Origin: a bacterium
GTDB lineage: Bacteria; Patescibacteriota; Patescibacteriia; Patescibacteriales; UBA12465
Assembly: GCA_035402985.1 (NCBI GenBank)
Contig: DAONEH010000003.1
Span: forward strand, 561-64,560
Length of the DNA stretch: 64,000 nt
Reading direction: 5' to 3'
In this document: piece by piece, positions 47,474-55,493 of the stretch
Layout: every line of letters begins with the position of its first letter
Numbering within the stretch: position 1 is the stretch's first letter
Program-made: the position numbers and the translations under genes
The notes under the pieces: model-generated
The model's database searches: none
What the model was told of the DNA's origin: nothing
The model's input: the letters and a program-made list of their open reading frames with translations, nothing else

Positions 47474-48037
47474 ATGAGAAGAAAATTTAGATTTCCTAAA
47501 GTTGATAAAACTAAAGTTGAGAAACAATTTAATTACAATGAAAAAATAAGGGCAACCGAAGTTTTTTTAATTAACGAAGAAGGAGAAAATGTTGGTGTAA
47601 TGCCAACCTATAAAGCTATAGCCATGGCGCAAGAGCTTGGTTTAGATTTAGTAGAAGTAAATCCTAAAGCTGAAATTCCAGTTGCTAAAATATTAGATTT
47701 GGGTCAATTTAAGTATGAATTAGATAAAAAAAGTCATAAACAAAAAGTTTTACAAAAAAGAATTGAAATTAAAAATATTCGTTTATCTTTAAGAATTAGC
47801 AAACATGATTTTGATGTTAGAGTTGAACAAGCTTATAAATTTTTATTAAAAAATAATAAAACTAAGATAGAATTAGTTTTAAAGGGTCGAGAAAAACAAC
47901 ATTTTGAAAAAGGCCGGGAAATCATTATAGAATTTGTAAATAGCTTAAAAAATCATGCTGATATTAAAGTAGAAGAAGAACAACCCTTGACAAAGCAACC
48001 CGGAGGGTTTAGTATTATATTAGTTAATAAAAAATAA
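47474..48037 (+). CDS. infC: Translation initiation factor IF-3
   Basis: NEKIRATEVFLINEEGENVGVM...ALAMAQELGLDLVEV N-domain and a conserved C-domain. Followed by rpmI-rplT as in the canonical operon. Confidence 0.92.
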   Translation: MRRKFRFPKVDKTKVEKQFNYNEKIRATEVFLINEEGENVGVMPTYKAIAMAQELGLDLVEVNPKAEIPVAKILDLGQFKYELDKKSHKQKVLQKRIEIKNIRLSLRISKHDFDVRVEQAYKFLLKNNKTKIELVLKGREKQHFEKGREIIIEFVNSLKNHADIKVEEEQPLTKQPGGFSIILVNKK

Positions 48038-48093
48038 AAGATCGCTAAAATCAGGTTTTAGATGGCCTGTTTTTTTAGCTTTTTTACAGTTAT

Positions 48094-48291
48094 ATGCCAA
48101 AAATCAAGACACATAAAGCTACTAGTAAAAGATTTACTAAAACCGCTACTGATAAGATTAGACATCGAAAATGCGGACAAGATCATTTTAATTCTAGAGA
48201 ATCAGGTAATACTACTAGAAAAAAAAGACGAGATTTAGATGTTAGTAAGACATTAAAAAAGACCATAAAGAACCTAACACCTTATAAATAA
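48094..48291 (+). CDS. rpmI: 50S ribosomal protein L35
   Basis: MPKIKTHKATSKRF... 65 aa. Confidence 0.93.
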   Translation: MPKIKTHKATSKRFTKTATDKIRHRKCGQDHFNSRESGNTTRKKRRDLDVSKTLKKTIKNLTPYK

Positions 48292-48348
48292 TTATTAATT
48301 TTTCAAAATACAAAAATATAATTTTTGATTTTTGATTGAAATACTACT

Positions 48349-48702
48349 ATGCCTAGAGTTAAAAGGGGTACCATGCATGTAAAGAGTCGAAGAAATCTTT
48401 TAAAGAAAGTAAAAGGTTATAAATGGGGCCGAAAAAAATTAATTAAAGTCGCTAAAACCGCTCAAACTAAAGCTGGAGCTCATGCTTTTATGGATCGTCG
48501 TAAAAAGAAAAGAACTAATCGCGGTTTATGGCAAATAAAAATAAATGCTTTTGTTAGAGAACAGGGTTTATCTTATTCTCGTTTTATTGATGCTTTAAAA
48601 AAGAATAAGATTGAATTAGATAGAAAAGTTTTAGCTGATTTAGCTGTTAATAATAAAAAAGTTTTAGCTAAAATAGTGGAAGAAGTAGCTACAAAAAAGT
48701 AA
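48349..48702 (+). CDS. rplT: 50S ribosomal protein L20
   Basis: MPRVKRGTMHVKSRRNLLKKVKGY... Confidence 0.95.
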   Translation: MPRVKRGTMHVKSRRNLLKKVKGYKWGRKKLIKVAKTAQTKAGAHAFMDRRKKKRTNRGLWQIKINAFVREQGLSYSRFIDALKKNKIELDRKVLADLAVNNKKVLAKIVEEVATKK

Positions 48703-48720
48703 TAAATAAATTCAAAAATT

Positions 48721-48939
48721 ATGCAAATACTTAGAATAGCTCAAATTATTATATCAATTCTTCTTATTATTGTTATTTTATTACAAAGTAGAGGAACAGC
48801 TTTAGGTGGTGTTTTTGGTGGTAGTAGTTCTGTTTTTTTAACAAAAAGAGGTATTGAAAAAAAACTTTTTATTTTTACTATTATTTTAGCAATATTATTT
48901 TTTGCTGTTTCTTTAGCTTCGGTTTTTTTGAATAAATAA
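48721..48939 (+). CDS. secG: Preprotein translocase subunit SecG
   Basis: 72 aa, two TM helices, LLQSRGTALGGVFGG motif. Confidence 0.75.
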   Translation: MQILRIAQIIISILLIIVILLQSRGTALGGVFGGSSSVFLTKRGIEKKLFIFTIILAILFFAVSLASVFLNK

Positions 48940-48962
48940 AATTACTTTATTAAAAATAAATT

Positions 48963-51089
48963 GTGAAAACAATTAACTCATCTACAGATCAATTAAATAC
49001 TGTGATTAAAAAAGAAAAAAAAGAAAATATTTTTTTTCGCTTTTTTCATTTTTTTAAAAAGAAAAAAGTAAATTTAGATATTGATGAAACTTTAGATGCT
49101 TTAGATAATAAATTAGTTTATTCTTTATCACCTAAAAAAATTCCTAATTTTAAACAATTAAAATATACTAAAAAAGTTTTAAGCCCAATTGAAAAAATAT
49201 TATTAAATATTTTTGTAATTTTAATTATAGCAACTTTAGTTTTCTTGGGCATTAAATTTTTAAAAAAACATGTAAATGCTTATCCTAAGATGGGGGGAGA
49301 ATATATTGAAGGAATGATTGGTTCACCTAAAAATATTAATCCATTATATGATTCAGCCCGTGATGTTGATAGTGATATTAGTCGTTTAATTTATTCATCT
49401 TTATTTAAAAGAGATAAAAATGGAGAGATTGTTAATGATTTAGTAGAAAATTATTCAGTTAGTAGTAATGGTTTAGAATATACTATTAAGATAAAGGAAA
49501 ATGTAAAATGGCATAACGGAGAACAATTAACAGCTAATGATATTGTTTTTACTTTTGAGGCTATAAAAAATCCTGATTATGGTTCCAATCTTCGTAGTGT
49601 TTTTTCTGGTGTTAATATTGAAGCTAGTGATGATTATTCTTTAAAGTTTATTTTGAGTGAAGCTTATCCGGAATTTACAGAATTATTAACTTTTGGAATA
49701 TTACCACAAAATTTATGGAGTGATATTTCATCAACCAATGCTTTTTTAAATGAATTAAATATTAAACCTATTGGTTCAGGTCCTTATAAATTTAAATCAT
49801 TAACTAAGAATAAGTCAGGTGATATTAAAGAATTTACTTTAATTGCTAATAGTGATTATTATAATCAGAGTCCCTATATTAGTAAATTAATTTTAAAATT
49901 TTATAGTAATTATAATGAATTAGTTAGTGCTTTAAATAATAATGAAGTTAATGGTTTAAGTTATTTACCTCATAGTTTAAAATCTGAATTGGTTTCTCAA
50001 AACTCTTTAAATTTTAATAGTTTAAATTTACCACAAATAACTTCTATCTTTTTAAATTCTAAAAAGAATTCAATTTTATCTGATATTAAAATTCGTCAAG
50101 CTTTAACTAAGTTTATAGATCGTAATAAAATTTGTGATGAACTTTTTTCTGGAAATGCTCAGGTAGCTTATGGACCAATTTTACCAAGTAGTGCTTCCTA
50201 TAATGATAATATTACTAAATATGAGTATAATTATGAAGAAGCTACAACTATTTTAAATGAAGCTAATTGGAACTTAGTAGAATTAAAAATAGATGAAATT
50301 TCTTTAATTAAGGAAGTTATTAATTTAGAAAAACAAAAGAAAGATATAGAAGCACAAACAACAGCTACTACTACCGAAACTAATACTGAATCAAATACTG
50401 AACCAAATAATGAATTAAATAATATTAATAATAATTTAAATATTAAAAATGAAGCTTTAAAAACAATTAGTAATTGGGAAGTAAAAAGAAATATTATTAA
50501 TAGTTTTGCTTTAAGTGATGAAGAATTAGTTGGTAATTGGAGATACAAAAATAATAAAGATAATACCTTTAGTTATTTGACTATTAATTTAACTACCGTT
50601 GATTTAGTTGATAATATTTCAGTAGCTGAGTTTATAAAAGCATCTTGGGAAAAAGCTGGTATAAAAACATTCATTAAAATTATAAATTCTAGTCAAGTAC
50701 AATCTGAAATAATAAAACAAAAGAATTTTGAAGCCTTGCTTTTAAGCCAGGTAGTGGGTAGTGATCAAGATGTTTATTCTTTCTGGCATTCTTCTCAAAT
50801 AAGTGAAAATGGTTTAAATATTTCTGAATATAAAGACAAAGAAGTTGATAAAATATTAGAGGAAGCTCGAGCCTCTTTAAAATTAGACGAGCGAACTGAA
50901 AAATATAAAAAGTTTCAAGAACTTTTAAGTGCTGATTCGCCGGTTATTTTTCTTTATTTTCCTACTTATAATTATATACAAAACAAAAAAGTAAAAGGTT
51001 TTGATTTTGTAAATATTTTGAATCCGGCTGATCGTTTTAATAATATTTCTTATTGGTATATAAAAGTAGATCGTAAAATTGAATTTTAA
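48963..51089 (+). CDS. ABC transporter substrate-binding protein, family 5 (peptide/nickel type), membrane-anchored
   Basis: GTG start; N-terminal TM anchor; SBP_bac_5 core (YTIKIKENVKWHNGEQLTANDIVFTFE); Thr/Asn-rich low-complexity insert around residues 460-500. Confidence 0.8.
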   Translation: MKTINSSTDQLNTVIKKEKKENIFFRFFHFFKKKKVNLDIDETLDALDNKLVYSLSPKKIPNFKQLKYTKKVLSPIEKILLNIFVILIIATLVFLGIKFLKKHVNAYPKMGGEYIEGMIGSPKNINPLYDSARDVDSDISRLIYSSLFKRDKNGEIVNDLVENYSVSSNGLEYTIKIKENVKWHNGEQLTANDIVFTFEAIKNPDYGSNLRSVFSGVNIEASDDYSLKFILSEAYPEFTELLTFGILPQNLWSDISSTNAFLNELNIKPIGSGPYKFKSLTKNKSGDIKEFTLIANSDYYNQSPYISKLILKFYSNYNELVSALNNNEVNGLSYLPHSLKSELVSQNSLNFNSLNLPQITSIFLNSKKNSILSDIKIRQALTKFIDRNKICDELFSGNAQVAYGPILPSSASYNDNITKYEYNYEEATTILNEANWNLVELKIDEISLIKEVINLEKQKKDIEAQTTATTTETNTESNTEPNNELNNINNNLNIKNEALKTISNWEVKRNIINSFALSDEELVGNWRYKNNKDNTFSYLTINLTTVDLVDNISVAEFIKASWEKAGIKTFIKIINSSQVQSEIIKQKNFEALLLSQVVGSDQDVYSFWHSSQISENGLNISEYKDKEVDKILEEARASLKLDERTEKYKKFQELLSADSPVIFLYFPTYNYIQNKKVKGFDFVNILNPADRFNNISYWYIKVDRKIEF

Positions 51090-51206
51090 ATAAAACATCT
51101 TTTAAACTTTAAATAAAATTTACTCTTTAAATATAAATTTAATAAGAATCTAATTTTTTATTTTAACTATATTTTAAATAAAATATAATTAAAATAATTT
51201 TTTGTT

Positions 51207-53135
51207 ATGATAGATAAATATCAAGTTTCTCCTCCAAGTAATTTAGCTAATACTCCAGCTTTTAATTCGACAATGGCAGTTAGAAGTAATTCAGTCTTAG
51301 CCTCTAAAAAAAATATTAATACTTATCGTTCGGCGGGGAATTATCAACCACTAAAAGGTTTTCGTAAGAGAACTAATTTTAAAAATTCAATTAAAAGTAA
51401 TCCTAAAGAATTAACAGAAATAAAAACTTCTGATAATACTGGAAAATTAAGGGTTATGGTTTTAGGTGGTTTAGAAGAAGTTGGTCGTAATATGACAGTA
51501 ATTGAATATGAAAAAGAAATTATTATTATTGATATGGGTTTACAATTTCCGGAAGAAGATATGCCCGGAATTGATTATATAATTCCTAATGTTTCTTATT
51601 TAGAAAATAAAAAAGATCGTATTAAAGCTGTTTTTATAACTCATGGCCATTTTGATCATATTGGTGGTATTCCTCATATTATGGGAGTTATTGGTAATCC
51701 TCCAATGTTTATGGGTAAAATGACAGCTGGTTTAGTTCGTAAAAGAATTGCTGAATTTAAACAAGCTCCAGTTTTAAAAATTAAAGAAGTTACTGAGTTT
51801 GATCGTGTTAAAATTTCTGATAAATTACAAGTTGAATTTTTACGAGTTAATCATTCTATTCCCGATTGTTTTGCTATAATTATTAATACTCCTTTAGGTA
51901 AAATTGTTCATACTGGTGATTTTAAAATTGATTTTACTCCGGTTAATGATAAACCAGCTGATTTAAATCGAATCGCTCAATTAGGGGCTGAGAATATTTT
52001 ATTAATGATGTCTGATTCTACTGATGCTGTTCATCTTGGCTATCAAATTTCGGAATCAGCTATTGGAGATGAGATGGACAAATTATTTGAAAAAATTTCG
52101 GGTCGAATTATTATTGGAACTTTTGCTTCTCAATTAAGTCGTATTCAAAAGATTTTTGATTTAGCTAAAAAATATGGTCGTCGAATTTCACTTCAAGGAA
52201 GAAGTATTAATGATAATGTGGAGGTAGCTCATCAAATTAATTATTTAAAATTTGATCCTAAAATTATAGTTGAAGACAAAGATTTAAATCGTTTACGTGA
52301 TGATAAAGTTATTATTATTGGTACCGGAGCTCAAGGAGAAAATAATGCTTTTTTATCCAGGGTAGTAAACAATGAACATCGAGTTATAAGCTTAAGACAG
52401 GGAGATACAGTTATTTTTTCATCGTCAGTTATTCCTGGAAATGAAAGAACTATTCAAAATTTAATGGATATGGTAGTTCGACAAGGAGCTAAGATTATAA
52501 ACTACAAAATGATGGATATTCATGCGGGAGGTCATGCTAAACAGGAAGATTTAAAATTAATGATGCGTTTAATTCGTCCTCAATATTTTATGCCAATTGA
52601 AGCTAATCATTATATGCTTCAAGCTCATGCGGAATTAGCTGAACAAGTAGGAATATTTAAAGAAAATATTTTTGTAGCTGATAATGGTCAAGTCGTTGAA
52701 TTTAGAAAAGGTCATAAAATGATTAATAATAAAAAATTTGAAGTTTTAGGAAATTTAACTAAAGAAAAAGTACCAAGTGATTATGTGATGGTTGATGGTT
52801 TAGGTGTAGGTGATGTTTCAGCTATTGTTTTACGTGATCGTCGAGTAATGTCGGAAGATGGTATGATTGTAGCTATTGTTACAATTGATTCTAAAACTGG
52901 TGATTTAATTGGTAGCCCTGATTTAATTTCTCGTGGTTTTATTTATATGAAAGAAAATCGTGATTTAATTGAAAAGGTTAGATCTAAAGTTAAATTTATC
53001 GTTAAAGATAAAAATGATAATACTCCAGCTGATGACGATTATATTAAGAATAAAATTAGAAATGAAGTTGGTCAATTTTTGTTTGGAGCCACCAAACGAC
53101 GGCCGATGGTTTTGCCAGTGGTTATTAAAATTTAA
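51207..53135 (+). CDS. rnj: Ribonuclease J
   Basis: Beta-lactamase/beta-CASP fold (LGGLEEVGRNM, ITHGHFDHIGG, HAGGHAKQEDL), with an ~80-aa N-terminal extension relative to typical RNase J. Confidence 0.92.
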   Translation: MIDKYQVSPPSNLANTPAFNSTMAVRSNSVLASKKNINTYRSAGNYQPLKGFRKRTNFKNSIKSNPKELTEIKTSDNTGKLRVMVLGGLEEVGRNMTVIEYEKEIIIIDMGLQFPEEDMPGIDYIIPNVSYLENKKDRIKAVFITHGHFDHIGGIPHIMGVIGNPPMFMGKMTAGLVRKRIAEFKQAPVLKIKEVTEFDRVKISDKLQVEFLRVNHSIPDCFAIIINTPLGKIVHTGDFKIDFTPVNDKPADLNRIAQLGAENILLMMSDSTDAVHLGYQISESAIGDEMDKLFEKISGRIIIGTFASQLSRIQKIFDLAKKYGRRISLQGRSINDNVEVAHQINYLKFDPKIIVEDKDLNRLRDDKVIIIGTGAQGENNAFLSRVVNNEHRVISLRQGDTVIFSSSVIPGNERTIQNLMDMVVRQGAKIINYKMMDIHAGGHAKQEDLKLMMRLIRPQYFMPIEANHYMLQAHAELAEQVGIFKENIFVADNGQVVEFRKGHKMINNKKFEVLGNLTKEKVPSDYVMVDGLGVGDVSAIVLRDRRVMSEDGMIVAIVTIDSKTGDLIGSPDLISRGFIYMKENRDLIEKVRSKVKFIVKDKNDNTPADDDYIKNKIRNEVGQFLFGATKRRPMVLPVVIKI

Positions 53136-53154
53136 TATAATACAAATTTTATAT

Positions 53155-53184
53155 AAAAAATATCCGGAAACGGATATTTTTTTT
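53155..53184 (+). terminator. Intrinsic terminator after rnj
   Basis: ATATCCG-GAAA-CGGATAT followed by a T7 run. Confidence 0.7.
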
Positions 53185-53258
53185 AAGTTTAACTTGAAAT
53201 AATTAATATTTTAATTAAAATTTAAAACAAAAAGATAATAGTTAAAAAATGTTTTAGG

Positions 53259-53278
53259 CATATACATTTGGCGGTTTT
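53259..53278. repeat. IS terminal inverted repeat (left)
   Basis: CATATACATTTGGCGGTTTT matches the reverse complement of 54243-54262 (CACATACATATGGCGGTTTT), 18/20. Confidence 0.75.
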
Positions 53279-53282
53279 TAAA

Positions 53283-54233
53283 TTACGAATAATTAACTAA
53301 AAATTCATTTGGGGTCATCCCATTTAAAGCACAATGTTCTAGATCATTGTAATACTTATTCCATTTTCTGATAGCTCTTTTCAATTCTAATACAGTTTCA
53401 AATTTCTGTCTATCGTAAAACATCTCTTGATCGGTTCTATGTGAGCGTTCCACCTTGCCATTTTGAGCGGGTTTTCCGGGATCGATTAAGTAATGAATAA
53501 TATTTAATTTTTGACATTCTAAGTCCAAAGAATGTAGTCTGGGATTTACTGGATTAGCTGATTTTAAATATCCAACATACCTATTAGTGAAGCAAGCTCC
53601 GTTGTCGGTTTTGATAGCTCTAATTTTAAATGGAGCAATATTTAAAATAGTTCTGAAAAAATCAATTGTATCTCCATTTCCCATATTGTCATATATTTTT
53701 AAATATCTCCATCTAGAAGCACAATCAATGGCAGTATATTGGTAATATCTCTTGTTGTTTACTAAATCAGGCACATATTTAATATCTATCTCTACTAGCT
53801 CACCTGGAGTGGGCAATACTTTAATATATTTATATTTTAATTTTCTAATCCGATACTTTCTGACTAATCCTTCTTGTTTAATTATTTTTCCAATCGTTCT
53901 AGTTCCAATCACTAATCCCTCCTTCTTTAATTTGTAATTTAGTTTCTGGGCACATAGCTTGGTCTTGTTTCGCATTTCAATGATACTCTCTTTCTCCCGA
54001 ATGGGTGTTTCATTGGGATGAGACTTAGGACGAGTTGATTCTGGAATCAACCCCTTATTCCCATATTTTTTGTAATCCGATACCCATCTTTCTAGAGTTC
54101 TTTTTCCTCCATAAAATACTTCGGCTACATCTTTTAACTTGGTCTTTTTTTCTACGATGGGCATAACCCATCTTAACCGCTCTTCTAGAGCGTTATTTGA
54201 TAATTTTGTACACATAGGCCTGTATTTTGCCAT
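53283..54233 (-). CDS. IS481-family DDE transposase (rve integrase core)
   Basis: N-terminal HTH, then the DDE triad context VEIDIKYV / IKTDNGACF / NGKVERSHRT. Confidence 0.88.
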   Translation of the reverse strand: MAKYRPMCTKLSNNALEERLRWVMPIVEKKTKLKDVAEVFYGGKRTLERWVSDYKKYGNKGLIPESTRPKSHPNETPIREKESIIEMRNKTKLCAQKLNYKLKKEGLVIGTRTIGKIIKQEGLVRKYRIRKLKYKYIKVLPTPGELVEIDIKYVPDLVNNKRYYQYTAIDCASRWRYLKIYDNMGNGDTIDFFRTILNIAPFKIRAIKTDNGACFTNRYVGYLKSANPVNPRLHSLDLECQKLNIIHYLIDPGKPAQNGKVERSHRTDQEMFYDRQKFETVLELKRAIRKWNKYYNDLEHCALNGMTPNEFLVNYS

Positions 54234-54242
54234 AGTTTTATG

Positions 54243-54262
54243 AAAACCGCCATATGTATGTG
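54243..54262. repeat. IS terminal inverted repeat (right)
   Basis: AAAACCGCCATATGTATGTG, partner of 53259-53278. Confidence 0.75.
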
Positions 54263-54279
54263 CACATTACCAATTTCTA

Positions 54280-54308
54280 TTGACAAAATATTTCTTTTAT
54301 GATATGAT
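54280..54308 (+). promoter_or_regulatory. Sigma70-type promoter (TTGACA-17-TATGAT) for the orphan gene
   Basis: TTGACA at 54280-54285, 17-nt spacer, TATGAT at 54303-54308. The -35 starts 18 nt outside the right IR. Confidence 0.55.
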
Positions 54309-54314
54309 TACATC

Positions 54315-54469
54315 ATAAAAATCGAACTTTAAAAATAAACTTGTGAAATTGGTCACAGCCAAAAGATGGTTTATTATTAAGCCATTTCCTGGCTGTGATC
54401 AAAATGGTCGTGGCTCCTACTGCGGACAGCAGATAACGCAGATAATCAATCTGCAAAACACATTTTATT
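54315..54469 (+). promoter_or_regulatory. Long structured 5' leader of the orphan gene with alternative pairings and a 10-codon uORF
   Basis: GGTCACAGCC (54351-54360) pairs with GGCTGTGATC (54391-54400), 9 Watson-Crick pairs plus one G.U. The same 3' arm can instead pair with GGTCGTGGCT (54406-54415) using G.U pairs. uORF ATG 54404 ... TAA 54434-54436 encodes MVVAPTADSR. Confidence 0.4.
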
Positions 54470-55090
54470 ATGAAATATGGAGATTTAAATCTTGGACAAA
54501 TTGAGGCAGTAGTTAACAAGCTCGGAGGAATGGACGGAGTGAACAAATTTTTACGCGGTGAACTCATCGTATCTGAACTGACTAGAAGCTGGCGGGAAGA
54601 AAACGGGGTTATTTATTTCAGTGTCACTTCTGACGGTACAACCGGTGAAGAATGGATTGTCCGCTTAGAAAGCAAAGGCTTCCGTGTAGGAGATTATGTT
54701 AAACGTGTTTTACGCTCAAAAGACTTCAAGCCGACCAATGGCATCATTTACGAAATTGCCGTTTTAAAAGGTGAACTCTTCAGTTATAGTAATCGTATTA
54801 CTAAAACAATCCGTAAAGAAGCCAAAAATCGTAAACTTTCCACCCCAAACGCTGAAGTAGCTTGTCTTATCAGGGAAAAGTTCTCCGATAAAGAACTGGA
54901 AGCCATGGGTCTATATTGGATTGTTGCCATGCACAAACCAATTAAAGATTCTGACGGCGGTCCTGCACTGTTGGGCGTTGATCGATATAGTGGTGGTTCC
55001 TGGTTGAGCACGTACTATGACAATCCTGGTAGCAAGTGTTCTCGTGACAATGGGTTCGCGTTTGTCGTCTCGCAAGTTTTTAGATCTTAG
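54470..55090 (+). CDS. Orphan hypothetical protein (206 aa), compositionally foreign
   Basis: Clean ORF with markedly higher G+C and a different codon choice than all neighbours. Has its own promoter and terminator. No TM segment, signal peptide or motif I can assign. Confidence 0.75.
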   Translation: MKYGDLNLGQIEAVVNKLGGMDGVNKFLRGELIVSELTRSWREENGVIYFSVTSDGTTGEEWIVRLESKGFRVGDYVKRVLRSKDFKPTNGIIYEIAVLKGELFSYSNRITKTIRKEAKNRKLSTPNAEVACLIREKFSDKELEAMGLYWIVAMHKPIKDSDGGPALLGVDRYSGGSWLSTYYDNPGSKCSRDNGFAFVVSQVFRS

Positions 55091-55142
55091 TCTTTTGACT
55101 CTTTGAGTCTTTAGACTTTAGTTTTTTGCCCTTTGAATTTTT

Positions 55143-55179
55143 AGCCTCGAATTGTGTAAACAATTCGAGGCTATTTTTT
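55143..55179 (+). terminator. Strong intrinsic terminator after the orphan gene
   Basis: 12-bp stem AGCCTCGAATTG/CAATTCGAGGCT, 6-nt loop, T-run. Confidence 0.8.
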
Positions 55180-55327
55180 ATAAATTTATCAATGTGTTAA
55201 AATATAATTAGTTAAAACGAATATGTTATTAATTAAAATTGATAATTATAATAATAAAATATTTAATACATAAAAGTATTATATATAAGAGATATAGTTA
55301 CTAAATTTTTCCATTTTTTTAACCATC

Positions 55328-55356
55328 TTGCTTTTTTAAAGTAGTTGTTCTATAAT
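55328..55356 (+). promoter_or_regulatory. Sigma70-type promoter (TTGCTT-17-TATAAT) for rpsA
   Basis: TTGCTT at 55328-55333, TATAAT at 55351-55356. The ~130-nt leader contains hairpin TCCCGA...TCGGGA. Confidence 0.5.
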
Positions 55357-55493
55357 ATTCTCACAAATTAATAAGCCTTTTATAAACATCCCGAATTTAA
55401 GGCGGTCGGGAACTTTCTACTTTTTAAAAGAGAAGGTTAAATCATTCTTTTTTTATTTGTAATTAATTTTATTATAGATAAAAATATTTTTTT

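Larger units (their letters stand above)
53258..54263 (-). mobile_element. IS481-family insertion sequence (~1 kb, intact)
   Basis: Single DDE transposase ORF bounded by 20-bp imperfect terminal inverted repeats (18/20 match). Size and one-ORF layout are typical of IS481. No flanking direct repeats detected. Confidence 0.8.

Noticed and set aside
54313-54567. An 84-aa minus-strand ORF covering the orphan-gene leader and start, and a 75-aa minus-strand ORF at 54784-55011.
   Set aside because: Higher G+C in this block lengthens random ORFs. Both are antisense to the cassette, which has a clear promoter, ORF and terminator on the plus strand. An antisense gene cannot be fully excluded without expression data.
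53258-55320. Composite transposon or passenger-carrying IS: I looked for a third copy of the IS inverted repeat to the right of the orphan gene.
   Set aside because: No AAAACCGCC/GGCGGTTTT-like repeat occurs between 54264 and 55320. The cassette is adjacent to the IS, not inside it.
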